Shown in pieces: positions 1 to 8,146 of a stretch of 64,000 nt of DNA. Source of the DNA: a virus. The position numbers were made by a program, and so were the translations under genes. Position 1 is the first letter of the stretch. Each line of letters begins with the position of its first letter. The notes beneath the pieces were generated by a model that ran no database searches, was not told where the DNA came from, and saw only the letters and a list, made by a program, of their open reading frames with translations. Where the stretch lies: IMG/VR virus record IMGVR_UViG_3300029188_000196, positions 2,329 to 66,328 of that record. One strand, written 5' to 3'.

Positions 1-559
1 GTGAAATATGGCCAATTTCAGTAACTCAATTAGTGTGCAAAACAGGTTCTTTTTGGCAATGCTACGTCAATACGGTTTGTTGAGTAGACATTTGTTTTGT
101 ACTTTTGTTGCATATAAATAGTTAAATCGTGCAATTATATTTACATTTCGCTTCAACCGGGGTAGTCATTTTCTGAATCGAGTGATTATTCAGGGATTAT
201 GACCGTCCAAAGCCTCTCTTGAAAGAATGAAATTTGCATAAAAATAAGGCCTACCGACAGACGTCGATAGACCTTAGGCATGATAAAATCATTTATTTTG
301 AAATATTGCTCATAGCTGATTATAATCACCTATTTTTATCTTATAAGTAATTATAATCAGTTTTTCATTTTACTTTCCTACACACCACATTTTTTCTTTG
401 CAATGCTAAATTGTAACCAGAGTGGCACTTAGCTGTTCTCCTTCCCAACATTGCCCCTTAGTCTGTTCAGCTGCTATTGTTGCTTTACGACATACAGTGT
501 CTTCTACTCAACGTAGAGTAACCTTGGGACTTATAGCCTCGTCCTTTCTTTATCTGTTG

Positions 560-964
560 CTATAGAGTTCCTGATGCTCCAAATTCCTTTAGTGAGATTA
601 GGTTTCCTTTTTCATTTGCCGCAAGCGAAATAACAACAGCGTTTTTCTCTATATCATACCGCCCACTAAATTGATAGTCTTTTCCCGTAACAAGACCGTT
701 AGCATCCAAAAGTGACTGAACAAACCCCATTCCGTTGATTCTCATTTTGCATTGTCCATCAGTCAACAGCTTATCCGGAACCCGAAATGACATAGGGTGA
801 ACCGCAGCACACGGCGTAATCACTATGGATTTTCGATCTTTTCTCTGCAAAACGCAAATATAATCCGGGCTTCCAAGAATACGAATGATGTCCTTTCCAA
901 TATGTACTCTCCGACTTTCCGCTGGAATCGTCACCAATAAATTCATGATTCGTCCTGAATTCAT
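560..964 (-). CDS. Hypothetical small protein, possibly an AbrB/SpoVT-like DNA-binding fold
   Basis: 134-aa ORF. The N-terminal segment 'RRVHIGKDIIRILG' resembles the swapped-hairpin AbrB/MazE motif. No other recognisable motif. Confidence 0.3.
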   Translation of the reverse strand: MNSGRIMNLLVTIPAESRRVHIGKDIIRILGSPDYICVLQRKDRKSIVITPCAAVHPMSFRVPDKLLTDGQCKMRINGMGFVQSLLDANGLVTGKDYQFSGRYDIEKNAVVISLAANEKGNLISLKEFGASGTL

Positions 965-1785
965 GTCGGAGTTCCTCTCTCGACAGCTGTACTATCTGGT
1001 GGCTCCATATTCTCAGACTGTTCCTGCAAAACGGATAAAGAGGTTTCCTTAGAGGCTTCATCGGTCTGGAGTGTTGATTCTTTTGAAAGTTCATCCTTTT
1101 CCTGTTCAGGCTCATTCAATGCCACAGCCCCCTGATACCCGATAAAATCCTCAAACATGTTCATCTGATGAGCTGCAACATAATCATTATAAGATTTTCC
1201 GATACAATTCTTATAGGCATCCGGGAAGAATTTTATCTGCTTTTTCTTCGTTTCGCCAGTAACAGGGTCTGTATATTGCTGTGGTTTCGGTGTGAACATG
1301 ATGGCCTCTTCCAAGTCGAATAGCATACAGAGACCTTGATTTGAGTTAGCCACCCGTCCAAGCACTTTATAACGGCATTCTCTATTCCAGCTCATCATTT
1401 TATAGATTTTCTCTACAAATTCTAATGATACAATGTCCTTATTCACCCAACTTTCACCCTTTTGTCTGGCCCATTCAACAGAAGCACTGTCTTCTTCCGG
1501 GCACATAATCAATGCAAGTCGCTTCTTGTACGGATTCAAAATCGGGACTACATACTTAATTCCTTCAAAAAGTCGGATGCAGGCCATGTTAAATTTCATA
1601 ACGCCATATTTTATGCTCAATGCGGGTTTATTCAGCATAGAGAACTGTGTACGCGGTGGAAGTTCATAGCCATCGAAATTTTCGTACTCCAGTTCTCTTT
1701 TTTGTTCTTTCCGTATCTGCGCCAGTTCACGAATCAGCGTAATTTCCTGTGCACTCAGTTTCTGCTCCCGGCTTTTTTCTTCCAT
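961..1785 (-). CDS. Hypothetical protein
   Basis: 274-aa ORF translationally coupled to the downstream gene. Acidic N- and C-termini, no motif recognised. Confidence 0.35.
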   Translation of the reverse strand: MEEKSREQKLSAQEITLIRELAQIRKEQKRELEYENFDGYELPPRTQFSMLNKPALSIKYGVMKFNMACIRLFEGIKYVVPILNPYKKRLALIMCPEEDSASVEWARQKGESWVNKDIVSLEFVEKIYKMMSWNRECRYKVLGRVANSNQGLCMLFDLEEAIMFTPKPQQYTDPVTGETKKKQIKFFPDAYKNCIGKSYNDYVAAHQMNMFEDFIGYQGAVALNEPEQEKDELSKESTLQTDEASKETSLSVLQEQSENMEPPDSTAVERGTPT

Positions 1786-1799
1786 TCTACAAGTTCCTC

Positions 1800-3644
1800 C
1801 TACATAGACATCAAAAGAGCATCCAGTTCACGCTGTACCTCATTTTTGCTCGGAATTGCGCCAATCATGGGATTTTCTACGACCAGTCCATACTCCATTA
1901 CATCGCTGTTCATAATGCTTTGAATCCACTTGCTCCGATATAATCGACATCCCAGATTCATAGCGGAGTTCTCAGCCTTCTTATAATGATTTTTTCCAAT
2001 CAAAGTCTGAGATTCATCCAGTTCAAAAATCAAGAATTTCGTATTTTGCCGCCCACGAGAGATACCACGACACTGATAGCGACAGTCCTGTTTCCAGTTC
2101 ATTTCATCTAATATCGCACCCGCAAAAGCTCTAGATGAAAATCTATTGCAGATGTCATTTGCATTTTGCCAATGAATCGCCGTTGAAGAGTCATGACCGC
2201 TCTTTCGCAGAATTATGACCTGCAGGATTGGATGATATAGCAGTTCCACATATTCACAGTCGTCCAATCTGGTATGACAAGCCTTGCTAAAACGAATTTC
2301 ATTTTTAGCAATTGTAATAACTGGGCTACTATGGTTGATAAAGCAGGCGCTGGAAGCCGTCAGATATTCAGACTGATACATCGAATCTTGTTTTTTCCCG
2401 GCCCTCATATCAGCCATAGCATTTAATTCTACCACTTCTTCTGGCATATAGGCACTCAGACAAAGGCTGCGGATACTTTCATCGTTTATACCACTCCAGT
2501 TCGGATGAATGCCTACAAATCCTTTCAATGCTCCCTGTTTAATTACAACGATATCCTGTACCCCACACCTTTTGCTGCTGGATGCCACAAGATGTGCAGC
2601 TCGTGCAATCTCCGGTGAAACAATCGCTTCGTGATGTTCTGGGACATAAGCCGAGCATCGGTCGCCATTATTCTTCGTCACCTTCCCCAGCTTATAATCT
2701 ACCACGATGCTCTTCCGAGCTTCCAAATCACCCCAGCGGCGTTCGTTTTTCATGATGTTGGCTACCATCATGCCGTTCCACTTTTGCCTGCCTCGCAGGG
2801 TGCTGCGCTTCTTTTTCGTAAGGATCATTGCAATTTGGTCGTAGTCGTACCCTTGAATAAAGGCCAGAAAAATAAAACGTACTGTCTTTGCTTCTTCCGG
2901 CTCGATTACCAGCTGCCCATCCGTTGTATGCCGATATCCCATCAAATCAGCTACCGGATATTGGCCAGTCATAATACGCTGATCATACGAAAGAATCATG
3001 CGACGGCTCTTATTACCAGATTCCCAGTCTGCTAAAAGAGCCTGAACATCCAAGCTATACTGGCTGTCAGGATTAAGCGTGTAAATATTTTCAGTTTCAA
3101 AGTACACACCAATCGGATGAGCCGGATGCATAGTTTTCAGGGCAGCGATTTGTGTCATGCAATCCGAGAAATTTCGAGCAAAACGCGAAACACTGGCACA
3201 AACAACCAAGTCGATTTTTCGCTCTTTTGCATCCTGCATCATGCGCTTAAAAGCATCACGCTTTCTCAGTGATGTACCGGATTTTCCTTCATCACTGTAT
3301 ATATTCTGCAGTGTCCAGTTCTCGGTTTCTGCAATCTTTTTAGTGTAATAGAGAGTTTGATTTTCAATTGAAGAAATCTGCTCTTCGCTGGAAGTACTAA
3401 CACGGGTATAAACCGCCACACGTTTCAGATTACTGTCATAAATAGATGGCGTGGGTTTTGCCGGACGGAAATAGTCTTTTGCCGTTTTCTGGCAGTGGTC
3501 CGTCTGCTTATGAATTCTACCACGAATTTCCGCTTTTCGTCTTTCTGCTTCCGTATGTCGGCTCTGCCAGTCCGTTCCAAGTGGGAGCATCTCAGTTTGT
3601 CCTGCAGGAATATACTCTATGGCTTTTTGTCCTTCTACAATCAT
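1800..3644 (-). CDS. Large serine recombinase (integrase)
   Basis: Resolvase catalytic motif 'VAVYTRVSTSSEEQ...SVSRFARN' followed by a recombinase domain and a long C-terminal extension. 614 aa, with about 75 aa ahead of the catalytic domain. Confidence 0.9.
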   Translation of the reverse strand: MIVEGQKAIEYIPAGQTEMLPLGTDWQSRHTEAERRKAEIRGRIHKQTDHCQKTAKDYFRPAKPTPSIYDSNLKRVAVYTRVSTSSEEQISSIENQTLYYTKKIAETENWTLQNIYSDEGKSGTSLRKRDAFKRMMQDAKERKIDLVVCASVSRFARNFSDCMTQIAALKTMHPAHPIGVYFETENIYTLNPDSQYSLDVQALLADWESGNKSRRMILSYDQRIMTGQYPVADLMGYRHTTDGQLVIEPEEAKTVRFIFLAFIQGYDYDQIAMILTKKKRSTLRGRQKWNGMMVANIMKNERRWGDLEARKSIVVDYKLGKVTKNNGDRCSAYVPEHHEAIVSPEIARAAHLVASSSKRCGVQDIVVIKQGALKGFVGIHPNWSGINDESIRSLCLSAYMPEEVVELNAMADMRAGKKQDSMYQSEYLTASSACFINHSSPVITIAKNEIRFSKACHTRLDDCEYVELLYHPILQVIILRKSGHDSSTAIHWQNANDICNRFSSRAFAGAILDEMNWKQDCRYQCRGISRGRQNTKFLIFELDESQTLIGKNHYKKAENSAMNLGCRLYRSKWIQSIMNSDVMEYGLVVENPMIGAIPSKNEVQRELDALLMSM

Positions 3645-4132
3645 TTTTCTTCAACCTTTTCCATTTCATTTTCCAATCGTGCTCTCCAAGCAAGATAGTC
3701 TGCTTTACGGATTGCTGTGTATTTTTCGGCTAAAACTTTCAGACTCCGCCTCTGATCTTCCACATCCAAAATAGTATCGATTCGCTGATCATTATCGTCC
3801 GTAACAATGTCAATCCGCATTGGCAAGTCAAACAGATATTGCAATAAGAAACAAAATTCGCATGTATTGGCTGCAAGGTAGGCTCGTGTCTGCGAAGAAA
3901 TTAGATTGATTTTCCCCTTTTTGCAGTCACGGAGTAAATGTACCATCTCTGGACGTTTGAAGATTTCTTTATTGCCTGTAATGTCAATGTACACACCGAA
4001 CAGCTCTTTATCTGTATCATCTTTGAATTTTTCAGCATAGTAGGAACTATGATAGGCTACTACGGCATCTTTAGAGCGTTCCCATAGTTTTGCCAGTTTT
4101 ACATAGCCGCCGACCTTATATTTGCTGTCCAT
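3641..4132 (-). CDS. Resolvase-like domain protein, catalytically degenerate
   Basis: Aligns to a resolvase N-terminal domain ('GGYVKLAKL...KRPEMVHLLRDCKKGKINLISSQTRAYLAANTCEF'). The Y-A-R-V-S nucleophile motif is replaced by Y-V-K-L-A, so the catalytic Ser is absent. Its stop overlaps the recombinase start. Confidence 0.55.
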   Translation of the reverse strand: MDSKYKVGGYVKLAKLWERSKDAVVAYHSSYYAEKFKDDTDKELFGVYIDITGNKEIFKRPEMVHLLRDCKKGKINLISSQTRAYLAANTCEFCFLLQYLFDLPMRIDIVTDDNDQRIDTILDVEDQRRSLKVLAEKYTAIRKADYLAWRARLENEMEKVEEK

Positions 4133-5105
4133 TTATAGCACCTTCTTCCGGCTGAACACTCCAATACCATCTCCGTTTCTTCTGATAGCAATGAATGCCC
4201 ATTTCCGTTTTCGCCATCCGTGCAACTCGTTTGCTGATGCCCTCATTATCCAGACGGCAATAAATTTCATTTGCACTCATATCACCATTTGCAAGAAAAT
4301 GTTTGATCCAATAGGCCGCCTTCTGCTGCTCAGAGTCAAATTTAGGCTTATCATCTTTCTGCTGAAATTCATAGGTTTGTGGTTTGCATTCCAGCCACTG
4401 AAAGCCACTCTCGGCAGAAATGGAAAAGCGAATGTCTTCTGCTGTAGGAGCAAGGCTGTTTTTGATTTGGTGTACGATTCTTATATCGGAGTTTTCCGTA
4501 TCTCGTTCTACCTGCAGGACGCTCCGCGCAGCTGCCACAACATCAATACTTCCAAGGCTACGGTACAGTCCCTTGGAGCCTTCCTTTTTATTAAGGTGTC
4601 CGATTAGAACGATGGCGCAGTCGTAGCCAGTAGCCCACATTCCAAGGCGGCGCATAAGTTTTCGTGCCCTACCTGCGATTTGCAAATCCGAATCGCTACC
4701 GAGGTATGCTTGGATCGGGTCAATCACGACCAATCGCGGCCGGAATTCAACAATTGCCTGACGGATACGCTCATCATCCAAGGTAAGACCGTTGTATACT
4801 TCCTCATTAATGAAAGCTATCTTCCTGCAATCTGCTCCGCATCGTTCCAGACGGGGTTTTATTGTGTCCGAAGCGTCATCTTCGGAGCACTGATAAATCA
4901 CCTTTTGTGGTACACCTACTTTACAGCCGTCTGGGGTCTTTCCTCCTGTCGAAAGCTCTGCAATCAGATTCATCATCATAGTGGATTTTCCATCGCCAGG
5001 ATCTCCCTGCAATAATGTGATTTTCCCAATTGCAATAAACGGATACCATAACCATCGTACATCTGTTGACTGAACTTCGCTGTACAACGTCAGTAACTGT
5101 TCCAC
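4116..5105 (-). CDS. AAA_25 / RecA-like (KaiC/DnaB-like) ATPase with C-terminal HTH-like region
   Basis: Walker A 'GDPGDGKST', Walker B 'LVVIDPIQ', then 'IGHLNK'. Typical of RepA/primase-associated helicases on mobile elements. GTG start. Confidence 0.75.
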   Translation of the reverse strand: MEQLLTLYSEVQSTDVRWLWYPFIAIGKITLLQGDPGDGKSTMMMNLIAELSTGGKTPDGCKVGVPQKVIYQCSEDDASDTIKPRLERCGADCRKIAFINEEVYNGLTLDDERIRQAIVEFRPRLVVIDPIQAYLGSDSDLQIAGRARKLMRRLGMWATGYDCAIVLIGHLNKKEGSKGLYRSLGSIDVVAAARSVLQVERDTENSDIRIVHQIKNSLAPTAEDIRFSISAESGFQWLECKPQTYEFQQKDDKPKFDSEQQKAAYWIKHFLANGDMSANEIYCRLDNEGISKRVARMAKTEMGIHCYQKKRRWYWSVQPEEGAINGQQI

Positions 5106-5177
5106 GTCGTTCTCACCGCCTCATCCTTGCAACTTAACTTCACGCTTTTATTATACGCCTGTCAGATAATTTTTTCT

Positions 5178-5225
5178 GTGAAGTAACACTTCACATGTGC
5201 AAGGAATTGTGATGTAACACTTCAC
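5178..5225. promoter_or_regulatory. Pair of 17-bp palindromic operators in a divergent promoter region
   Basis: A perfect palindrome GTGAAGTaacACTTCAC at 5178-5194 and a near-copy GTGATGTAACACTTCAC at 5209-5225 lie 31 bp apart, between the minus-strand ATPase gene and the plus-strand XRE gene. Confidence 0.5.
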
Positions 5226-5372
5226 AAAATCGCCTCAGAATACATGACCGCTAGAGGTAGGGCTGTAATCTCTGAGCATTTTCTATCATCAAATGCCCAT
5301 TGCTTGTATACGCTTCCTGAAAAGCGAATAATTATATTGTCTTATGCGGGCATTTGAAAGGAAGTTTTACTT

Positions 5373-5717
5373 ATGTCCGTCAATTATTCCGCTTTAGGGA
5401 AACGTATTGGCTATTTCAGAATGCAGTGCGGTAACATCACCCAAGAAGCCTTAGCTTCTAAAATCAATCGCAGCCGTGAATTTTTGGCTAAAATTGAAAA
5501 AGGCACCGAACATCCAAGCATTGCCACGCTAGTCGATATTGCTGATGCCCTTTGCATTTCTGTTGATGATTTGTTGATTGATAGTCTTCACTATTCTGTT
5601 TCAACATCTAACTCCGAACTGCATCGTTTACTATTGGATTGCAATGAAACAGAGCAGGCCATAATCACCCGCATGGCAAAAGAGTTAAAGGCTACTCTTG
5701 TCAGCCTTGGAATTTAA
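5373..5717 (+). CDS. XRE-family HTH transcriptional regulator (Cro/CI-like)
   Basis: HTH motif 'ITQEALASKINRSREFLAKIEKG'. 114 aa, divergent from the recombinase operon. Confidence 0.9.
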   Translation: MSVNYSALGKRIGYFRMQCGNITQEALASKINRSREFLAKIEKGTEHPSIATLVDIADALCISVDDLLIDSLHYSVSTSNSELHRLLLDCNETEQAIITRMAKELKATLVSLGI

Positions 5718-5823
5718 CATTTTTTCGTAGCAAAGGTTAAAATAAAAAGGCTCGCATAAGCTGCAGACGCACCCTCGAATTCTCCTAGGTGCTGTCTGTG
5801 GTTTATGCGGCCATAGACAGCAA

Positions 5824-5876
5824 TAAAAAAAGCCCACCAACGAACCATGTAGCAATTACACAGTGCGTTAGTGGGC
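5824..5876 (-). terminator. Rho-independent terminator downstream of the AAA-ATPase gene
   Basis: On the minus strand, hairpin GCCCAC...GTGGGC followed by TTTTTTT. Confidence 0.6.
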
Positions 5877-5882
5877 ATGTGG

Positions 5883-7514
5883 TCAATCTTTCTCGTATTT
5901 TTCAATCAGGCATTGATGTTCTTTAGTGTCCTTGTCGTAATTAATTCCTACGAGTAGGATATCTCCAGTATAGCTCAGAATCGAAGACGGATACTTTTTG
6001 TCTTTTATCTGTTGCATGGCTGTCGCAGCATTTTTACTCCACTTCAATTCAACGACCATCGCTGGATATGATGAAATATACTCTGGCTTCGGTATGAAAA
6101 CAAAATCTGCAAAGCCTCGGCCAGTTGGCAGCTCCCGAATCGGTTTGAAATAATACTGCATTGCGCTCAAGTATGCGATTGCCAGTACACTGCTCAACGA
6201 ATTTTCGTTATGATACTGGATTACCGATACATATTCATTATGGATTTTCTCAATTTGAGCAGCGACTGTTATGCCATCCATGTCCAATGTTGCATCAAGT
6301 AGACGTTCTGAATCTCGCTGGAAAGACAGCATCTCATTCCACGCTCCACTTTCGACTGCTGCTGTGAGCTCCTGCCGAATTTCTTCATTGGGTACGAAAG
6401 CCGTCTTCAATTTTTGATTAAACCCAAGATATCCCAGATGAATCATATAGGTCAGCACATCGTCCCTACTTTTTATATTAACTGTATCATTTTTGAACGT
6501 CGCTGTGTTCACCTTGACCTCTGCACCAGAAAGCATCTCGATGATGGCCGTTTTTAGTCCATCGAAATCCATATTAATCAGTGGCACAATTGCATCATAG
6601 GAAGCAGTTTCTGACCAATAGCTTTTGAATTCTCCTCGCAGCATTACACTGACAACCGCTCTAGGATTATAGACTTGATAATCCTTCAGAAGATATCCGT
6701 CATACCACCGCTTCACCTCATCGAAATCCTGATGGTACTCCTCCGCCAGTTTCCGCACCTCATCTTCTGTAAATCCAATATATGGTGCTAGTCTGCTTGC
6801 ACTCAGCATTGTAAATTCATCAAAATTATTCAGTGCCGACTGAGTTTTTTCCTTCTTTATGGGAAGGATGCCTGTCAGATAAGCCAGTTGAATATACTTT
6901 GTTGGCTCTGTTCCTTTGAACATTCCTCTGAGGAAATTGATGTAATCTTCCTGTGCCTTCGTATTAGCAGCCTCGTCACGAATAAGAACATCCCATTCAT
7001 CAATAATGACGATGAACTTTTTTCCTGTTAGGGCATTGATTTGTGATAAAGCCTCTGGCAGCGACTTTGTTTCCTCTGGAAGCGTATCTGGATAGTACTC
7101 CTTAAGCTCTGCAATTGTCCTCTCAGAAATGTAAGGAACTACCTGTTCCGCTCCCCCCGCTGGTTCCATACACCATTGAATATCAAGATGAATTACGTCA
7201 TATTGATTTAAGTGCTTCTTAAAATCCGCGCTCTTGCTGATTTCCAAATCTGCGAACATCGCTTCTGAGTCGCAGCCTCTACTATAGTAAGCTGTGAGCA
7301 TATTCGCTGTAATAGACTTACCGAATCTTCTCGGACGGCTGTTGCAAATATAACCTTGCAGTGTATTTAAAACTCTATTTGTGTATTTAATGAGTCCGCT
7401 TTTGTCCACATAGATTTCAGAATTCAAAGCGACTTGGAACGCAGAATTGTCTGGATTCACAAACATTCCCATATCGTATCCCGTTCCTTTCCGTGACTGT
7501 TTGATACAAATCAC
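5883..7514 (-). CDS. AAA-ATPase-like (PF09820-type) plus PD-(D/E)XK (PDDEXK_9-type) family protein
   Basis: 'SRPRRFGKSITANMLTAYY' P-loop region typical of the 'predicted AAA-ATPase' family, with a C-terminal nuclease-like region. The likely true start is the internal ATG at 7472 ('MGMFVNPDN'), preceded by AAAGGAA. A TTGCTA-17-TAAAAT promoter sits at about 7528-7556 on the minus strand. Confidence 0.75.
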   Translation of the reverse strand: MICIKQSRKGTGYDMGMFVNPDNSAFQVALNSEIYVDKSGLIKYTNRVLNTLQGYICNSRPRRFGKSITANMLTAYYSRGCDSEAMFADLEISKSADFKKHLNQYDVIHLDIQWCMEPAGGAEQVVPYISERTIAELKEYYPDTLPEETKSLPEALSQINALTGKKFIVIIDEWDVLIRDEAANTKAQEDYINFLRGMFKGTEPTKYIQLAYLTGILPIKKEKTQSALNNFDEFTMLSASRLAPYIGFTEDEVRKLAEEYHQDFDEVKRWYDGYLLKDYQVYNPRAVVSVMLRGEFKSYWSETASYDAIVPLINMDFDGLKTAIIEMLSGAEVKVNTATFKNDTVNIKSRDDVLTYMIHLGYLGFNQKLKTAFVPNEEIRQELTAAVESGAWNEMLSFQRDSERLLDATLDMDGITVAAQIEKIHNEYVSVIQYHNENSLSSVLAIAYLSAMQYYFKPIRELPTGRGFADFVFIPKPEYISSYPAMVVELKWSKNAATAMQQIKDKKYPSSILSYTGDILLVGINYDKDTKEHQCLIEKYEKD

Positions 7515-7585
7515 CTATTGTACTTTGATTTTACCATTTAGAAGGACAAATAGCAAGTTGATATTCCCTCGCAGCACCACTCTTT

Positions 7586-7975
7586 TCAGTCTTTTCTCAA
7601 GAGGATATACACATCTTCGACAAAACTCATGAATTCCACACTGGCTCTCTCGACCATGTGCTTTCCATTTATACCTTTCAACTCTTCCATGACCTTTTCT
7701 GCCGCAACACCTCTCCGCTCTCCCACTTCTTGCATCGTACTCACCACCGCCTCATCGATGAAAGAAGCGTACTTTGCACCATCGATATGGCTTCGTACTG
7801 GCACAAGTTCGCCACTTTCAATGCGGAGCACGTTCGGCATATAGATTCGTTCAATCCTTGCCAGTGCTTCATCAGCTTCCATTTTACAAAGATACAGCTG
7901 CATGGCACTTACAGCCGCAACCTCCGATGCACAAACTCCATAGTTCTCCGATACGAGCTTTGAGATGTTATTCAT
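7586..7975 (-). CDS. Hypothetical protein at the prophage/host junction
   Basis: 129-aa ORF with an AGGAG RBS 8 nt upstream. It sits just downstream of the strong terminator that ends the recombinase operon. Confidence 0.5.
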   Translation of the reverse strand: MNNISKLVSENYGVCASEVAAVSAMQLYLCKMEADEALARIERIYMPNVLRIESGELVPVRSHIDGAKYASFIDEAVVSTMQEVGERRGVAAEKVMEELKGINGKHMVERASVEFMSFVEDVYILLRKD

Positions 7976-8061
7976 TTTGCTTTCTCCTATGTGTATTACT
8001 TGCTACCCACAACATATAACAAAATTCTGCACATAGCAATCCCTGAAAAAAAAATACCTAT

Positions 8062-8104
8062 AAACGAAAAAAGGCCCCGCCAGACTATTTTGTCCAGCGG
8101 GGTC
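8062..8104 (-). terminator. Strong rho-independent terminator ending the prophage late/integrase transcript
   Basis: On the minus strand, GACCCCGCTGG...CCAGCGGGGCC hairpin (6-bp GC stem) followed by TTTTTTCGTTTAT. Confidence 0.7.
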
Positions 8105-8146
8105 GTGATTGTTCACATTTTGCTTCTAGTCGAATCATCTTTTTTC

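Noticed and set aside
1-560. tRNA gene as integration target at the window edge
   Set aside because: No cloverleaf-compatible sequence or conserved T-loop (GGTTCGAATCC-like) motif was found in the AT-rich flank, or anywhere else in the window.
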